Shown here: positions 39,273 to 48,012 of the stretch, piece by piece | How positions within the stretch are numbered: the first letter of the stretch is position 1 | How the letters are laid out: each line of letters begins with the position of its first letter | NCBI GenBank assembly: GCA_965197645.1 | Contig: OZ240219.1 | Location: 2,592,001-2,656,000 of the forward strand | Origin: Dehalococcoidia bacterium | GTDB taxonomy: Bacteria; Chloroflexota; Dehalococcoidia; Plut-88900 | Direction: 5' to 3' | DNA length: 64,000 bases | Notes under the pieces: model-generated | Told to the model about the DNA's origin: nothing | The model's database searches: none | The model's input: the letters and a program-made list of their open reading frames with translations, nothing else | Translations under genes and position numbers: made by a program

Positions 39273-40205
39273 CTAGGATCGGTAGTAGACTGCCCTGCTG
39301 AGTCTACGTTCCAGGTTGGCGCTGACCTCCTCCACCAGGGAAGCGGTGAATTTGGAGGCGATCCGCTGAAGCAGGGGGCGGTGGGGTCGGGCGTAGGCTA
39401 CTCGCTTTTCGACGTTGCCCAGCTTCGAGGCCAGATCCAGAGCGGTCTCCATGTCTCCCAGCTCGTCAACAAGGCCATTCTCGCGGGCCTGTTTGCCCGT
39501 GTAAATCTCGCCGGTGGCCAGCTCCCGCACCTCGTCTACCGACAGGTTGCGATGAGCAGCGACCAACTCTACGAAATCATCAAAGAACTGGGTCACCAGC
39601 TCTTTCTGCTTCTCCCGCTCCTCGTCGGTGGCGTCCCGGTAGAAGGCGCCCATGTCCTTGTAAGGGCCGCTCTTAGTCACCGTCATCTCGATCCCTATCC
39701 TGCTCAACAGGTCCTTCATAACTGGGTTGACGGAGATGACGCCGATGGACCCCACTATCGAGCCGGGCAGCGCGACGATCTTCGTGGCGGCGCAACTCAC
39801 CATGTATGCCCCCGAGGCGCCCAATCCCCTTACGAAAGCTATGACCGGCTTGTCGGCCGCCAATCTAGCCACCGACCGGTACAGATAGTCCGACGCCGGT
39901 GCCGAGCCTCCGGGCGAATCTATTTCGAGAACCACGGCCCTGACCCGTTTATCGACCCGCAGCGAATCGATCAAGTTAACATAATCGGAGGATTTTTGGC
40001 CTCCCTGTATCGGCCCGAAGAGCTCGACTACTGTGATACGGTCCTGCAGGGGTAGGGACGTCTTTCTGGCTGTCGACCTCACCGGGGCGGCTACTGTTGC
40101 GCTGGAGGTTTCAACTGTGCCGGAAAGCCTCTTATACAGATCGTAACCCAGCCCGGCCGCGACGGCGCCCACAGGAAGGATAACGGCTCCGTGCCATAGC
40201 TTCAT
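39273..40205 (-). CDS. sppA: signal peptide peptidase SppA (S49, short form)
   Basis: IDSPGGS, ASGAY, VGSIGV, KSGPYKD, GLVDELG. Confidence 0.93.
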   Translation of the reverse strand: MKLWHGAVILPVGAVAAGLGYDLYKRLSGTVETSSATVAAPVRSTARKTSLPLQDRITVVELFGPIQGGQKSSDYVNLIDSLRVDKRVRAVVLEIDSPGGSAPASDYLYRSVARLAADKPVIAFVRGLGASGAYMVSCAATKIVALPGSIVGSIGVISVNPVMKDLLSRIGIEMTVTKSGPYKDMGAFYRDATDEEREKQKELVTQFFDDFVELVAAHRNLSVDEVRELATGEIYTGKQARENGLVDELGDMETALDLASKLGNVEKRVAYARPHRPLLQRIASKFTASLVEEVSANLERRLSRAVYYRS

Positions 40206-40305
40206 ACTCGGTTTCCTCGTAGAGATGGAGATGAGGATATTATAGCAAAGGAGGGACGAGGGTTTTCAGCCGAGATCAGTTTCCCAAAGGGTATCGGAGA
40301 GGGGC

Positions 40306-41103
40306 TTACCGGCGGAGACCCCGGGTCACTGATAAGCTGATGAGAGCGCCCAGAGCAGCTCCTCCCAGGGTGAAGGCGAGCATCTCCACCCCGCATCCGG
40401 TCCAGAAGGGGCCGGCGACCTTCTCAGGGCAGAAGAAAACCTTCGCCAGTACCGAGCCGGCCACCGCAAGTATGGCCATTAGCAGCATCGACCTCAGGAG
40501 CCGCTCGACGGTCCAGTGCAGGAAGCCTTGGCGAAGCCCCCACCGGTTCAACCGCCACGCCCCGTACGGGTGTAGAGCTATTTGATCTGCGGTAACGCCG
40601 GCATCCGACGGGAGCGGTGAGATGCGGGACCGTATGTCATCGATCGCCATCTGGGCAGCGACCTGGTGCTCAGTTGATGGTTTAGCGTCCGGTGCATACG
40701 TGGTCTCCACCCGACCGGAAGACGGCTCTTCTTCTGCGGGCGGCGTGGCCTCCGGCGCATCCGTGGTCTCCACCCGGTCGGGAGACGACTGTTTTTTCGC
40801 AGGCGCCTCGGGGCGTGGCACGGGTGGGCCTGCCGTGGGCGAGGGAGCCGGGGGCGGGCCTAACCTACCGCCGGCCGCCAGCATGTTGGCACTAACATCG
40901 TCTTGCGAGGCTTGGTCCTCGTTGGCCTGTCTTCTGTAAGCATCAGCCCTTGCCAGATAGGCTCGGCTACTGTTCGGGTCTGCTTCGATGGCCCGGGTGA
41001 AAAGCTCAATGGCCTCTTCCAGCTTACCCTGCCCAACGAGGTCTACCCCTTCATCGATCAGCTTGGTCGTCTCTGCCCGTCCCCAGTCTATGTCTGCCAT
41101 CAT
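40306..41103 (-). CDS. TPR-containing membrane protein
   Basis: N-terminal TPR (EEAIELFTRAIEADPNSSRAYLARA), Pro-rich repeated linker, two C-terminal TM helices. Confidence 0.75.
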   Translation of the reverse strand: MMADIDWGRAETTKLIDEGVDLVGQGKLEEAIELFTRAIEADPNSSRAYLARADAYRRQANEDQASQDDVSANMLAAGGRLGPPPAPSPTAGPPVPRPEAPAKKQSSPDRVETTDAPEATPPAEEEPSSGRVETTYAPDAKPSTEHQVAAQMAIDDIRSRISPLPSDAGVTADQIALHPYGAWRLNRWGLRQGFLHWTVERLLRSMLLMAILAVAGSVLAKVFFCPEKVAGPFWTGCGVEMLAFTLGGAALGALISLSVTRGLRR

Positions 41104-41128
41104 TCAATAGTAGCGGTTACGCAAAATA

Positions 41129-42547
41129 CTAGTCAACGGACGGCGCTTTTCTCATGAACCAGGTCGGCACCAGAGCCAGCAGGCACGCTCCCATAGCGGC
41201 GAGGAAGAAACCTTCAAACACGTTCAGCCCAACGTCGGTCAGCTCCGTTGCGTACTCTGGGTCCGCAATGGAGACGGCAATGTCGGATACCAGGACATCG
41301 AACCGGTTGGTGCCCCATGAGGAGAGGGCCGCTAAGCCCACCGTCATACCGACCATTCTCATTACGGTCAACAGCGCTGCCGCCGTGCCCATGTCGGCCG
41401 CCCGCACCGAGTCGATTGCGGCCGAAGCAATGGGCGCAATGACCAGACCGAAGCCGAGTCCGGCCAGGACCAGGTGCACCGTCATTATCGGATCGGCGAT
41501 ATCCACGCCCCATCCGCTCAGGAAATAGAATCCCAGCGCGCTCAGCAGCAGGCCTGCGCCAGTTGGAATTCGATAGCCGAGGCGGGAAGCGACAAAGCCC
41601 CCGATGATGGCGCCAACCGGTATCGCAGCGGTAAGCCGCACGAGACGCAGCCCCCCTTCCAGCGGTTCCTGGCCCAGCACCGTGTTGGTTATCAATGGCA
41701 CCGTGACCATCGCTATGATCAGGGCCACGCCGACCAGGAAATGGGTGGCGTTGGCCCCGGCAAAGGCGCTGTGCCTGAACAGGCTAGAGGGGGTGAGGGG
41801 GTTCGGGCTGGCCCGCTGGCTCAGGATGTACAAGACCAAGAGCACGATTCCCACTCCCAAGCCCACGGCCGCCAGCAAGGCCAGATCGCGCCACCTGGAC
41901 AGGGCCAGGGTGACGACTATCAGGATCAGGGCCAGGATTGCGCCGCCTCGGTAATCCACGGGTTGGGAAAGGCGTCGGCCGGCGGGAGTGAACATCAGCA
42001 GCAGAGCCACCGCTACCAGCACCAGGGGAACATTGATCCAGAAGACCCACCTCCAGTCCAGCGCGTTGTCGATTAGACTGCCCCACAAAGGCCCGATGAC
42101 GCCCCCCGCTTCCGCCGACGCCCCCACGATCCCCAGGGCGACAGGTCTTCGATCCTCGGGCAGGAGGCTGCCGGTTAGAGCTATCGTGACCGGGACCACG
42201 GCGCCTCCACCCACGGCCTGGAACACCCGGAACACCACCAGGGTGGCCAGGTTCTGCGAGACGGCCACCAGCACCGATCCGATCAGGAAGATCAGCATCG
42301 CCAGAATGTAGACGCGGCGATGGCCGTAGACGTCGGAGATGCGGCCCATCAGGGGCATGACCGCCGTGTATCCCAGTAGGTAGCCAGTGATGGTCCATGA
42401 GACCTGGTCCAGCTCGTTGATGCCGAGACGGAAGTCGGCCATGATGCTGGGGAGGATGGTAACGACGACGGTCTGGTCGTCGGCGGCGATGAATACACCC
42501 AGGCAGGCGACCAGAATGGTCAGGTAGGGGGAGCCGCGCCTCGTCAT
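41129..42547 (-). CDS. DHA2 MFS transporter, Rv1410c/P55-like
   Basis: AADDQTVVVTILP, GYLLGYTAVMPLMGRISDVYG, QAVGGGAVVPVT, EAGGVIGPLWG, RMVGMTVGLAALSSWG. Confidence 0.88.
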   Translation of the reverse strand: MTRRGSPYLTILVACLGVFIAADDQTVVVTILPSIMADFRLGINELDQVSWTITGYLLGYTAVMPLMGRISDVYGHRRVYILAMLIFLIGSVLVAVSQNLATLVVFRVFQAVGGGAVVPVTIALTGSLLPEDRRPVALGIVGASAEAGGVIGPLWGSLIDNALDWRWVFWINVPLVLVAVALLLMFTPAGRRLSQPVDYRGGAILALILIVVTLALSRWRDLALLAAVGLGVGIVLLVLYILSQRASPNPLTPSSLFRHSAFAGANATHFLVGVALIIAMVTVPLITNTVLGQEPLEGGLRLVRLTAAIPVGAIIGGFVASRLGYRIPTGAGLLLSALGFYFLSGWGVDIADPIMTVHLVLAGLGFGLVIAPIASAAIDSVRAADMGTAAALLTVMRMVGMTVGLAALSSWGTNRFDVLVSDIAVSIADPEYATELTDVGLNVFEGFFLAAMGACLLALVPTWFMRKAPSVD

Positions 42548-42577
42548 GACCGCATTATAAGGTTAGCGAGGTTAGGG

Positions 42578-43348
42578 CTAGGGGGAGGAGTCAATTACGG
42601 GCGCCTCGATGGTGAAGGGCTGATCGAAGTCGGAGAGGGTTAGGGTCCTGAATATGCCGTCGTCCTCGTCGCTGGTGATACGGCCGTCCAGGGTTATCTG
42701 TCGCACCAGGAAATCGTCCATGCCGATCCATATCTCGGCATCCAGGATGATTCCCTCGACTGCGGACGCGAAGATCGAACGCAGGCTCTCCGAGGCCACC
42801 TTGCCCGCCACGTGGAATACGGGGACCTCGCCGAGGAACGTTTCAGCGATGAGCGTAGGTTCCTTAGCCTCCCTGATGATCGCCCCCACGCCCCTGGCGG
42901 GATCGAAGAAGCCGCCGGGCTTGATAGCGATGGAGATATCCTCGAACTCGCCGGTGAAGGGATTGGTCAAATAGGTGCTGTCACCGATGGCTATGGTGGT
43001 TACCTCCACGTAAAGGCCCCTAATGTTGGCCTCGATGTTCGCCGAGAGCTTGTCCGGCGCAACGGCGTTCCCCACCACTTTCTCCATCTCCAGTCCCATG
43101 GCAATGGGGGTGCCGCCGCCTTGGTGGTCCAACGTGAAATGAAAGGACTCGAGGGCCTCGAACCTTTCGGCGGCATTGGCAAGGACCTGCTGGACGGAAA
43201 GCGTCGTTGCTGTCTCGGTGGGAGTGGCAGTTACACCGGAACGGCAGGCCAATGAGAGCATAAGGGCCATCGTCAGCACCAGGGCTATTGCCGGTATCGT
43301 GGGGGGCCACGCCTTCAGGTGGGTAATCTTCGAGCAGCTGATTTTCAC
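42578..43348 (-). CDS. LppX/LprAFG family lipoprotein
   Basis: Lipobox SLAC; SFHFTL, FFDPARGV, WIG..DFLVRQ, LSDFDQPFTIEAP; directly upstream of the P55-like MFS. Confidence 0.8.
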   Translation of the reverse strand: MKISCSKITHLKAWPPTIPAIALVLTMALMLSLACRSGVTATPTETATTLSVQQVLANAAERFEALESFHFTLDHQGGGTPIAMGLEMEKVVGNAVAPDKLSANIEANIRGLYVEVTTIAIGDSTYLTNPFTGEFEDISIAIKPGGFFDPARGVGAIIREAKEPTLIAETFLGEVPVFHVAGKVASESLRSIFASAVEGIILDAEIWIGMDDFLVRQITLDGRITSDEDDGIFRTLTLSDFDQPFTIEAPVIDSSP

Positions 43349-43471
43349 AGTGTCACCCGGTGTCGGTCTGATTCGTAATCGGCTTCAGGTCTTGAAATCT
43401 CATCCCCTCAATTCGCATCCATTGTACCCGGTTAGACTAGATGGGTATGTTAGAATAGCGCAGGTGCTCAG

Positions 43472-44107
43472 ATGGAAGACCCAAGTTTACTGTCTCTGAT
43501 CCTGTCAGCCCTCGGAGCATACGTTATCGGCTCCATCCCCACGGCCTTTCTGGTGGTGAAACGTTTCTCCGGGCAAAACGTGATGGAGCAGGGGACCGGA
43601 AATGTAGGTACCCTCAACACCCTCAGGGCCACCGGTTCCAAGAAACTGACTGCCCTCGTGCTGCTCGGGGACTCCGGAAAAGGGGCGCTGGCCCTGCTGC
43701 TGAGTTACCTGGTTGCCCTCGGGTTCGGCCACGAACCGGAACTGCTGATGCAGGTAGGCGGGCTGGTGGCTATAGTCGGTCACAACTACTCCGCATTCCT
43801 GAAGCTGAAGGGAGGCAAGGGTCTGGCCACGGCGCTGCCCGTGCTGCTCTATCTGGAACCTATTTTGGTGGGGGTGTGGGTCGGCGCCTTCCTGCTTTCC
43901 GTTGCGACGACACGCCTGATGGTCATGGGTCAGATTATGGGGACGGTGGCGGCGGCCATCGTGGGAGCGGCCGCCTTTGGAGACTCCAGCATACCTGTGG
44001 GCATCCTGGCCGCCCTCGTTTTCATCAAGCACGCACCGAGGTTGAGGAATGTATTTAACGGCACCGAGCCGAAGATGTACTACAAGATCAAGGAGGCGGG
44101 CCGGTAG
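43472..44107 (+). CDS. plsY: glycerol-3-phosphate acyltransferase PlsY family
   Basis: YVIGSIP, GTGNVGTLN, DSGKG, GHNYS..GGKGLAT, KH. Confidence 0.88.
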   Translation: MEDPSLLSLILSALGAYVIGSIPTAFLVVKRFSGQNVMEQGTGNVGTLNTLRATGSKKLTALVLLGDSGKGALALLLSYLVALGFGHEPELLMQVGGLVAIVGHNYSAFLKLKGGKGLATALPVLLYLEPILVGVWVGAFLLSVATTRLMVMGQIMGTVAAAIVGAAAFGDSSIPVGILAALVFIKHAPRLRNVFNGTEPKMYYKIKEAGR

Positions 44108-44125
44108 TCGGGCTCGGACCCATCG

Positions 44126-46297
44126 ATGCTAAGGCTGTACAACACACTCAGCAGGACCACCGACGAGATTAGAACGGTCACCCCGGGCCTGGTCAGGATG
44201 TACACCTGCGGCCCAACCGTCTACAGGGACGTCCACATCGGAAACCTGCGTTCCTACCTCATGGCGGACTGGATTCGCCGCACCCTGGAGTACCAGCAAT
44301 ACGAGGTGCTGCACGTCAAGAACATAACCGACGTGGGCCACATGCGGCAGGAGATGCTGGAGCAGGGTGAAGACAAGGTAATTGCCGAGGCGCTGGCCAA
44401 GGGCAGGACACCCCAGGAGATAGCCCAGCACTACACCGATTCCTTCCACCGAGACGAAGAGAAAGTCAACATTCTGCCCGCCCGATACTTCCCCAAGGCT
44501 ACCGACCACGTTCCGGAAATGGTGAGCCTGACCGAGACTCTGCTAGGCAAAGGCTCTGCCTACGAGGTCAATGGAAACGTCTACTTCGACGTGGACAACT
44601 CCCCCAGCTACGGCAAGCTATCCGGCAACACGGGCCAAGACATGCTGACCGGCGTCCGGATGGAGGCCGACCCCCAGAAACGAGACCCCAGGGACTTCAC
44701 TCTGTGGAAAGCCGCCGAACCGGGCAGGGAGCTCAAGTGGCCCAGCCCGTGGGGAGATGGGTTCCCCGGATGGCACATCGAATGCTCAGCCATGGCGGTC
44801 AAGTACCTGGGCACCGAGGTGGACCTGCATACCGGGGGAGTGGACAACATCTTTCCCCATCACGAAGGGGAGTTGGCGCAGAGCGAGGGGGCATACGGCG
44901 AACCCTACGTTCGGTGCTGGACCCACGGTCAGCACCTGCTAGCCGATGGGACCAAGATGGCCAAATCGGCGGCCAACGACTACACCTTATCGGACCTCGA
45001 ATCGCGAGGGTTCGATCCGCTGGCCTTGCGCTACCTGTGTCTCACGGTAAGGTACCGGACGCGATTGAATTTCACCTTCTCGGCCCTGAGGGCCGCCCAG
45101 AAGGGGCTGCAGAGGCTTCGCAACAGGGTTTGGGAATGGTCTACCATTGCGGAGAATGGCAGAGAACAGGAAAAGAGCGAGAGCTGGCGCACGGCTTTTC
45201 TGGAGCGCATCAACGATAATCTGGATATGCCCGGCGCACTCGTCGTAACGTGGGCGGCGGTCGGTTCGGAGCTGGACCCGGCTACCAAGCTAAAACTCTT
45301 GCTGGAGTTTGACCAAGTCCTGGGGCTGGGTCTTTCGGAGGTGCCGGAACGGTACGAGCCCACTGACCAGGTCCGCCGGCTGGTGGCGCAACGCCAGCCG
45401 CTGCGGGGGCAGAGCCTATTCGAGGATGCGGACCGGCTTCGCACCGAGGCTGGGTCGCTGGGATACGTGGTGGAGGATACGTCCAGCGGCAGCAGGGTAA
45501 GGCCCAAATCGGAGTTGGAGAAGAGAGAGCAGTTATGGCGGTCGATATCTTCTCCCAGGGAAGTGCCCTCGCTGCTGTCTCGCCCGGATGAGCTGGAATT
45601 CTCGGTAAACATCGTGGCCAGGGACCATCTAGAGGACATACGGAGGTGCGTGGAGGGCGTGCTGGAGTGGGGCCCTGGCAGCTCCATAGAGGCAGTGGTC
45701 GTCGACAACGGAGCCGAGGACAGTATCGGCCGGTGGCTGGAGGGCCTGTCCAAGGAGGACAGCCGGCTCCGGGTGTTCCACGCCGACCACGTCCTGGGAG
45801 AGGCGCAAGCCAGGAACATCTGCTTGGCTCAGAGCCTGGGCAAAAACGTCGTGCTCTTGGACACGAGCGTGGAGCTTAAAGGCGACATTTTTACGCCGAT
45901 AGCCCAGGCACTGGCAGGCAACTATGGCGGAGTGGTGGGGCCCTGGGGCCTCCGGTCCGAGGACTTCCATCACTTCCACGAAGAGATTACCGACGGCCTG
46001 TGCGATGCTATGCAGCTCTACTGCTTCGCCTTCCCTCGTGGTCTGGTATCGGAGATAGGCCTGCTGAGGGAAAGCTTTCGCTTTTACCGTAACCTGGATA
46101 TCGATTACAGCTTCCATTTCAAGGACAAAGGCTACAGCATCAGGGCCATTCCCAACTTGCCGCTGGAGCGCCACACCCACCGGGAGTGGGAGCGTCTCAG
46201 CCACGGTGAGCGTGACAAGCTGAGCCGGGTCAACTGGAAGCGTATGTTCAAGAAATGGGGTCATCGCAAGGACTTGTTGACGGCTTCCCACTCATAA
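44126..46297 (+). CDS. cysS: cysteine--tRNA ligase fused to a C-terminal GT2/GT-A-like domain
   Basis: YTCGPTVY, HIGN, NITDVGH, DFTLWK, PGWHIECSAM, FPHHEGE, KMAKS, anticodon domain; from about 45596 SVNIV..VVVDNGAED..ARN..LLDTS. Confidence 0.92.
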   Translation: MLRLYNTLSRTTDEIRTVTPGLVRMYTCGPTVYRDVHIGNLRSYLMADWIRRTLEYQQYEVLHVKNITDVGHMRQEMLEQGEDKVIAEALAKGRTPQEIAQHYTDSFHRDEEKVNILPARYFPKATDHVPEMVSLTETLLGKGSAYEVNGNVYFDVDNSPSYGKLSGNTGQDMLTGVRMEADPQKRDPRDFTLWKAAEPGRELKWPSPWGDGFPGWHIECSAMAVKYLGTEVDLHTGGVDNIFPHHEGELAQSEGAYGEPYVRCWTHGQHLLADGTKMAKSAANDYTLSDLESRGFDPLALRYLCLTVRYRTRLNFTFSALRAAQKGLQRLRNRVWEWSTIAENGREQEKSESWRTAFLERINDNLDMPGALVVTWAAVGSELDPATKLKLLLEFDQVLGLGLSEVPERYEPTDQVRRLVAQRQPLRGQSLFEDADRLRTEAGSLGYVVEDTSSGSRVRPKSELEKREQLWRSISSPREVPSLLSRPDELEFSVNIVARDHLEDIRRCVEGVLEWGPGSSIEAVVVDNGAEDSIGRWLEGLSKEDSRLRVFHADHVLGEAQARNICLAQSLGKNVVLLDTSVELKGDIFTPIAQALAGNYGGVVGPWGLRSEDFHHFHEEITDGLCDAMQLYCFAFPRGLVSEIGLLRESFRFYRNLDIDYSFHFKDKGYSIRAIPNLPLERHTHREWERLSHGERDKLSRVNWKRMFKKWGHRKDLLTASHS

Positions 46298-46350
46298 GCG
46301 GTCCGAACACCATAAACGGTCAATATTTAGCCTATTAACTCGACATAACT

Positions 46351-47673
46351 ATGAAAGCACTACTGATAATCCCCGATGGACTGGGAGACCGGCCCGCCCC
46401 TGAGCTGGATGGTCAGACCCCGTTGGAAGCAGCCCACACACCCAACATGGACCGGCTGGCCGATGCCGGCATCAACGGTCTGTACAGCGTGTTCGGTCCC
46501 GGGATACCTGTCGGCAGCCCGATAGCGATCCACGTGATGTTCGGCTACGATCCCAAGGACTTTCCAGACCGTGGGGTGCTGCTCTCGGTAGCCAGGGGAC
46601 TGGAGACCAGCTACGACGACGTGGTCCTGGCGGCCCGGTTCGCCAGTGCGGCGCCGCAGAACGGTACTCTGCGCCTCATGGACAGGTTCATGCGAGGCCG
46701 GGAAGAGGCGTGTGAGGCCCTGTCTAAAGAGATCAGCCACTACGAGTCCGATGGTCTGACCTTCAGGTACACCTATTGCGGCAAAGGAGACGGCAACCTC
46801 TTCATCTCCGGTGGCGCCAGCCCGGATATCACAGATTCCGACCCCCTGGGTCTCGATCTCCCCGTCCTTAAGATAGAGGCGCTGGAAGGTTCGGCAGACC
46901 CGGAAGCAGCCCAGAGGACGGCCGCCGCTTTGAACCGGTACCTTTCATGGGCGTACGCAAAGATGAAGGACCACCCGGCGGCCTCCGGCGAGAATCCGGC
47001 CAACTTCCTCATCACCAAGTGGTCCGGCAAGAGAGTGAGGCTCGAGCCGTTTCCGGACAGGTACGGACTAAAGGCGGCCAGCATTCCCGACGAAGAGGTG
47101 GTCAAGGGGGTGGTGTCCGAGATGGGGATACAAACCGTCGACCTGCCCCGAATCATGGATGCGGAAAAGGATGTAAAGGACCGGTTGGAAGTGGCCGACA
47201 AGCTCTTCACAGAAGGCTACGAGTTCGTGCACCTCCACACCAAGGAGCCCGACTTCACATCCCATTGGAACGATCCGGTGAAGACCAAGGATGCTCTCGA
47301 GGACTGGGACCGAGGGTTTGCCGACTACTGGGAACGGTTCGGGGGCGACGAAGATCTGCTGACCATACTTACCTCCGATCACACCACGCCCAGCAAGTGG
47401 CAGGGCCTGGTGCCCGGCGACTTCAACGACCAGCACTCCGGAGAGCCCTGTTCGATGACGATAGCCGGCCGGCACGTGCGCCGAGACCACGTGGACAGGA
47501 TGGGCGAGCGTCCCGCTGCCACCGGTGGCCTGGGACTGGTCCGCGGCGGTGAGCTGATGGACCTGGTGCTGGCGTTAACGGACCGCACCAACCTCTACGG
47601 CATGCGCCCCACCCCGAGACCCCGCAAGTATCGCCCAACCAACGTCGAACCCTTCCGTATAGCCTCCGATTGA
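46351..47673 (+). CDS. ApgM-like cofactor-independent phosphoglycerate mutase paralog (AlkP superfamily)
   Basis: DGLGDRP..TPLEAA.TPNMD, VGS, DSDP, KEPDFTSH, TSDH, HSGEP. Confidence 0.85.
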   Translation: MKALLIIPDGLGDRPAPELDGQTPLEAAHTPNMDRLADAGINGLYSVFGPGIPVGSPIAIHVMFGYDPKDFPDRGVLLSVARGLETSYDDVVLAARFASAAPQNGTLRLMDRFMRGREEACEALSKEISHYESDGLTFRYTYCGKGDGNLFISGGASPDITDSDPLGLDLPVLKIEALEGSADPEAAQRTAAALNRYLSWAYAKMKDHPAASGENPANFLITKWSGKRVRLEPFPDRYGLKAASIPDEEVVKGVVSEMGIQTVDLPRIMDAEKDVKDRLEVADKLFTEGYEFVHLHTKEPDFTSHWNDPVKTKDALEDWDRGFADYWERFGGDEDLLTILTSDHTTPSKWQGLVPGDFNDQHSGEPCSMTIAGRHVRRDHVDRMGERPAATGGLGLVRGGELMDLVLALTDRTNLYGMRPTPRPRKYRPTNVEPFRIASD

Positions 47674-47755
47674 CGTTCCATCTTCGTCAAACCCGCTGTT
47701 CGGCGGAGGGCATTTGACATCAATCTCTCTTCGAACCTAGTCTTGAACCCAGTCC

Positions 47756-47785
47756 TTGCCGAGGTTTGACAAACGGGTGTAGAAT
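47756..47785 (+). promoter_or_regulatory. putative sigma70 promoter of the structured leader / AmiS-like gene
   Basis: TTGCCG-18 bp-TAGAAT. Confidence 0.45.
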
Positions 47786-47790
47786 TCCTG

Positions 47791-47997
47791 GTGTCACCAC
47801 CAACTGAGAGACTAGCGAGTCTCTGCGCGACGTTTCCATTGCCCGACAGATTCGGGGCAATGGCAAATGATTGCCGGCACGTTCACAACGGGATAGAAGG
47901 GGGTGAAAGCAGGTAGTGTAGGCCGCTGTATAGTCGCTACCGCAAAGACCAAAGCGGAACAGGTCAAGACCCCACGAGCCCAACGCTTATAGTGTTG
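47791..47997 (+). ncRNA. candidate structured leader RNA (riboswitch-like, unassigned)
   Basis: Hairpins at 47807-24 and 47836-63; three-way junction at 47900-73 with complementary loops CCGCT/AGCGG; hairpin at 47981-97 next to the SD. Confidence 0.5.
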
Positions 47998-48012
47998 AAA
48001 AGGAGTTACTGA

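Noticed and set aside
44126-45500. MshC (mycothiol cysteine ligase)
   Set aside because: The anticodon-binding domain is retained and the motifs are CysRS-type; no msh genes are nearby.
47880-47990. Known riboswitch (c-di-AMP GGGGUGAA, guanidine-I GGGAUA, yybP CAAGACC, TPP CUGAGA fragments)
   Set aside because: Only isolated short matches; the other required conserved blocks are missing.
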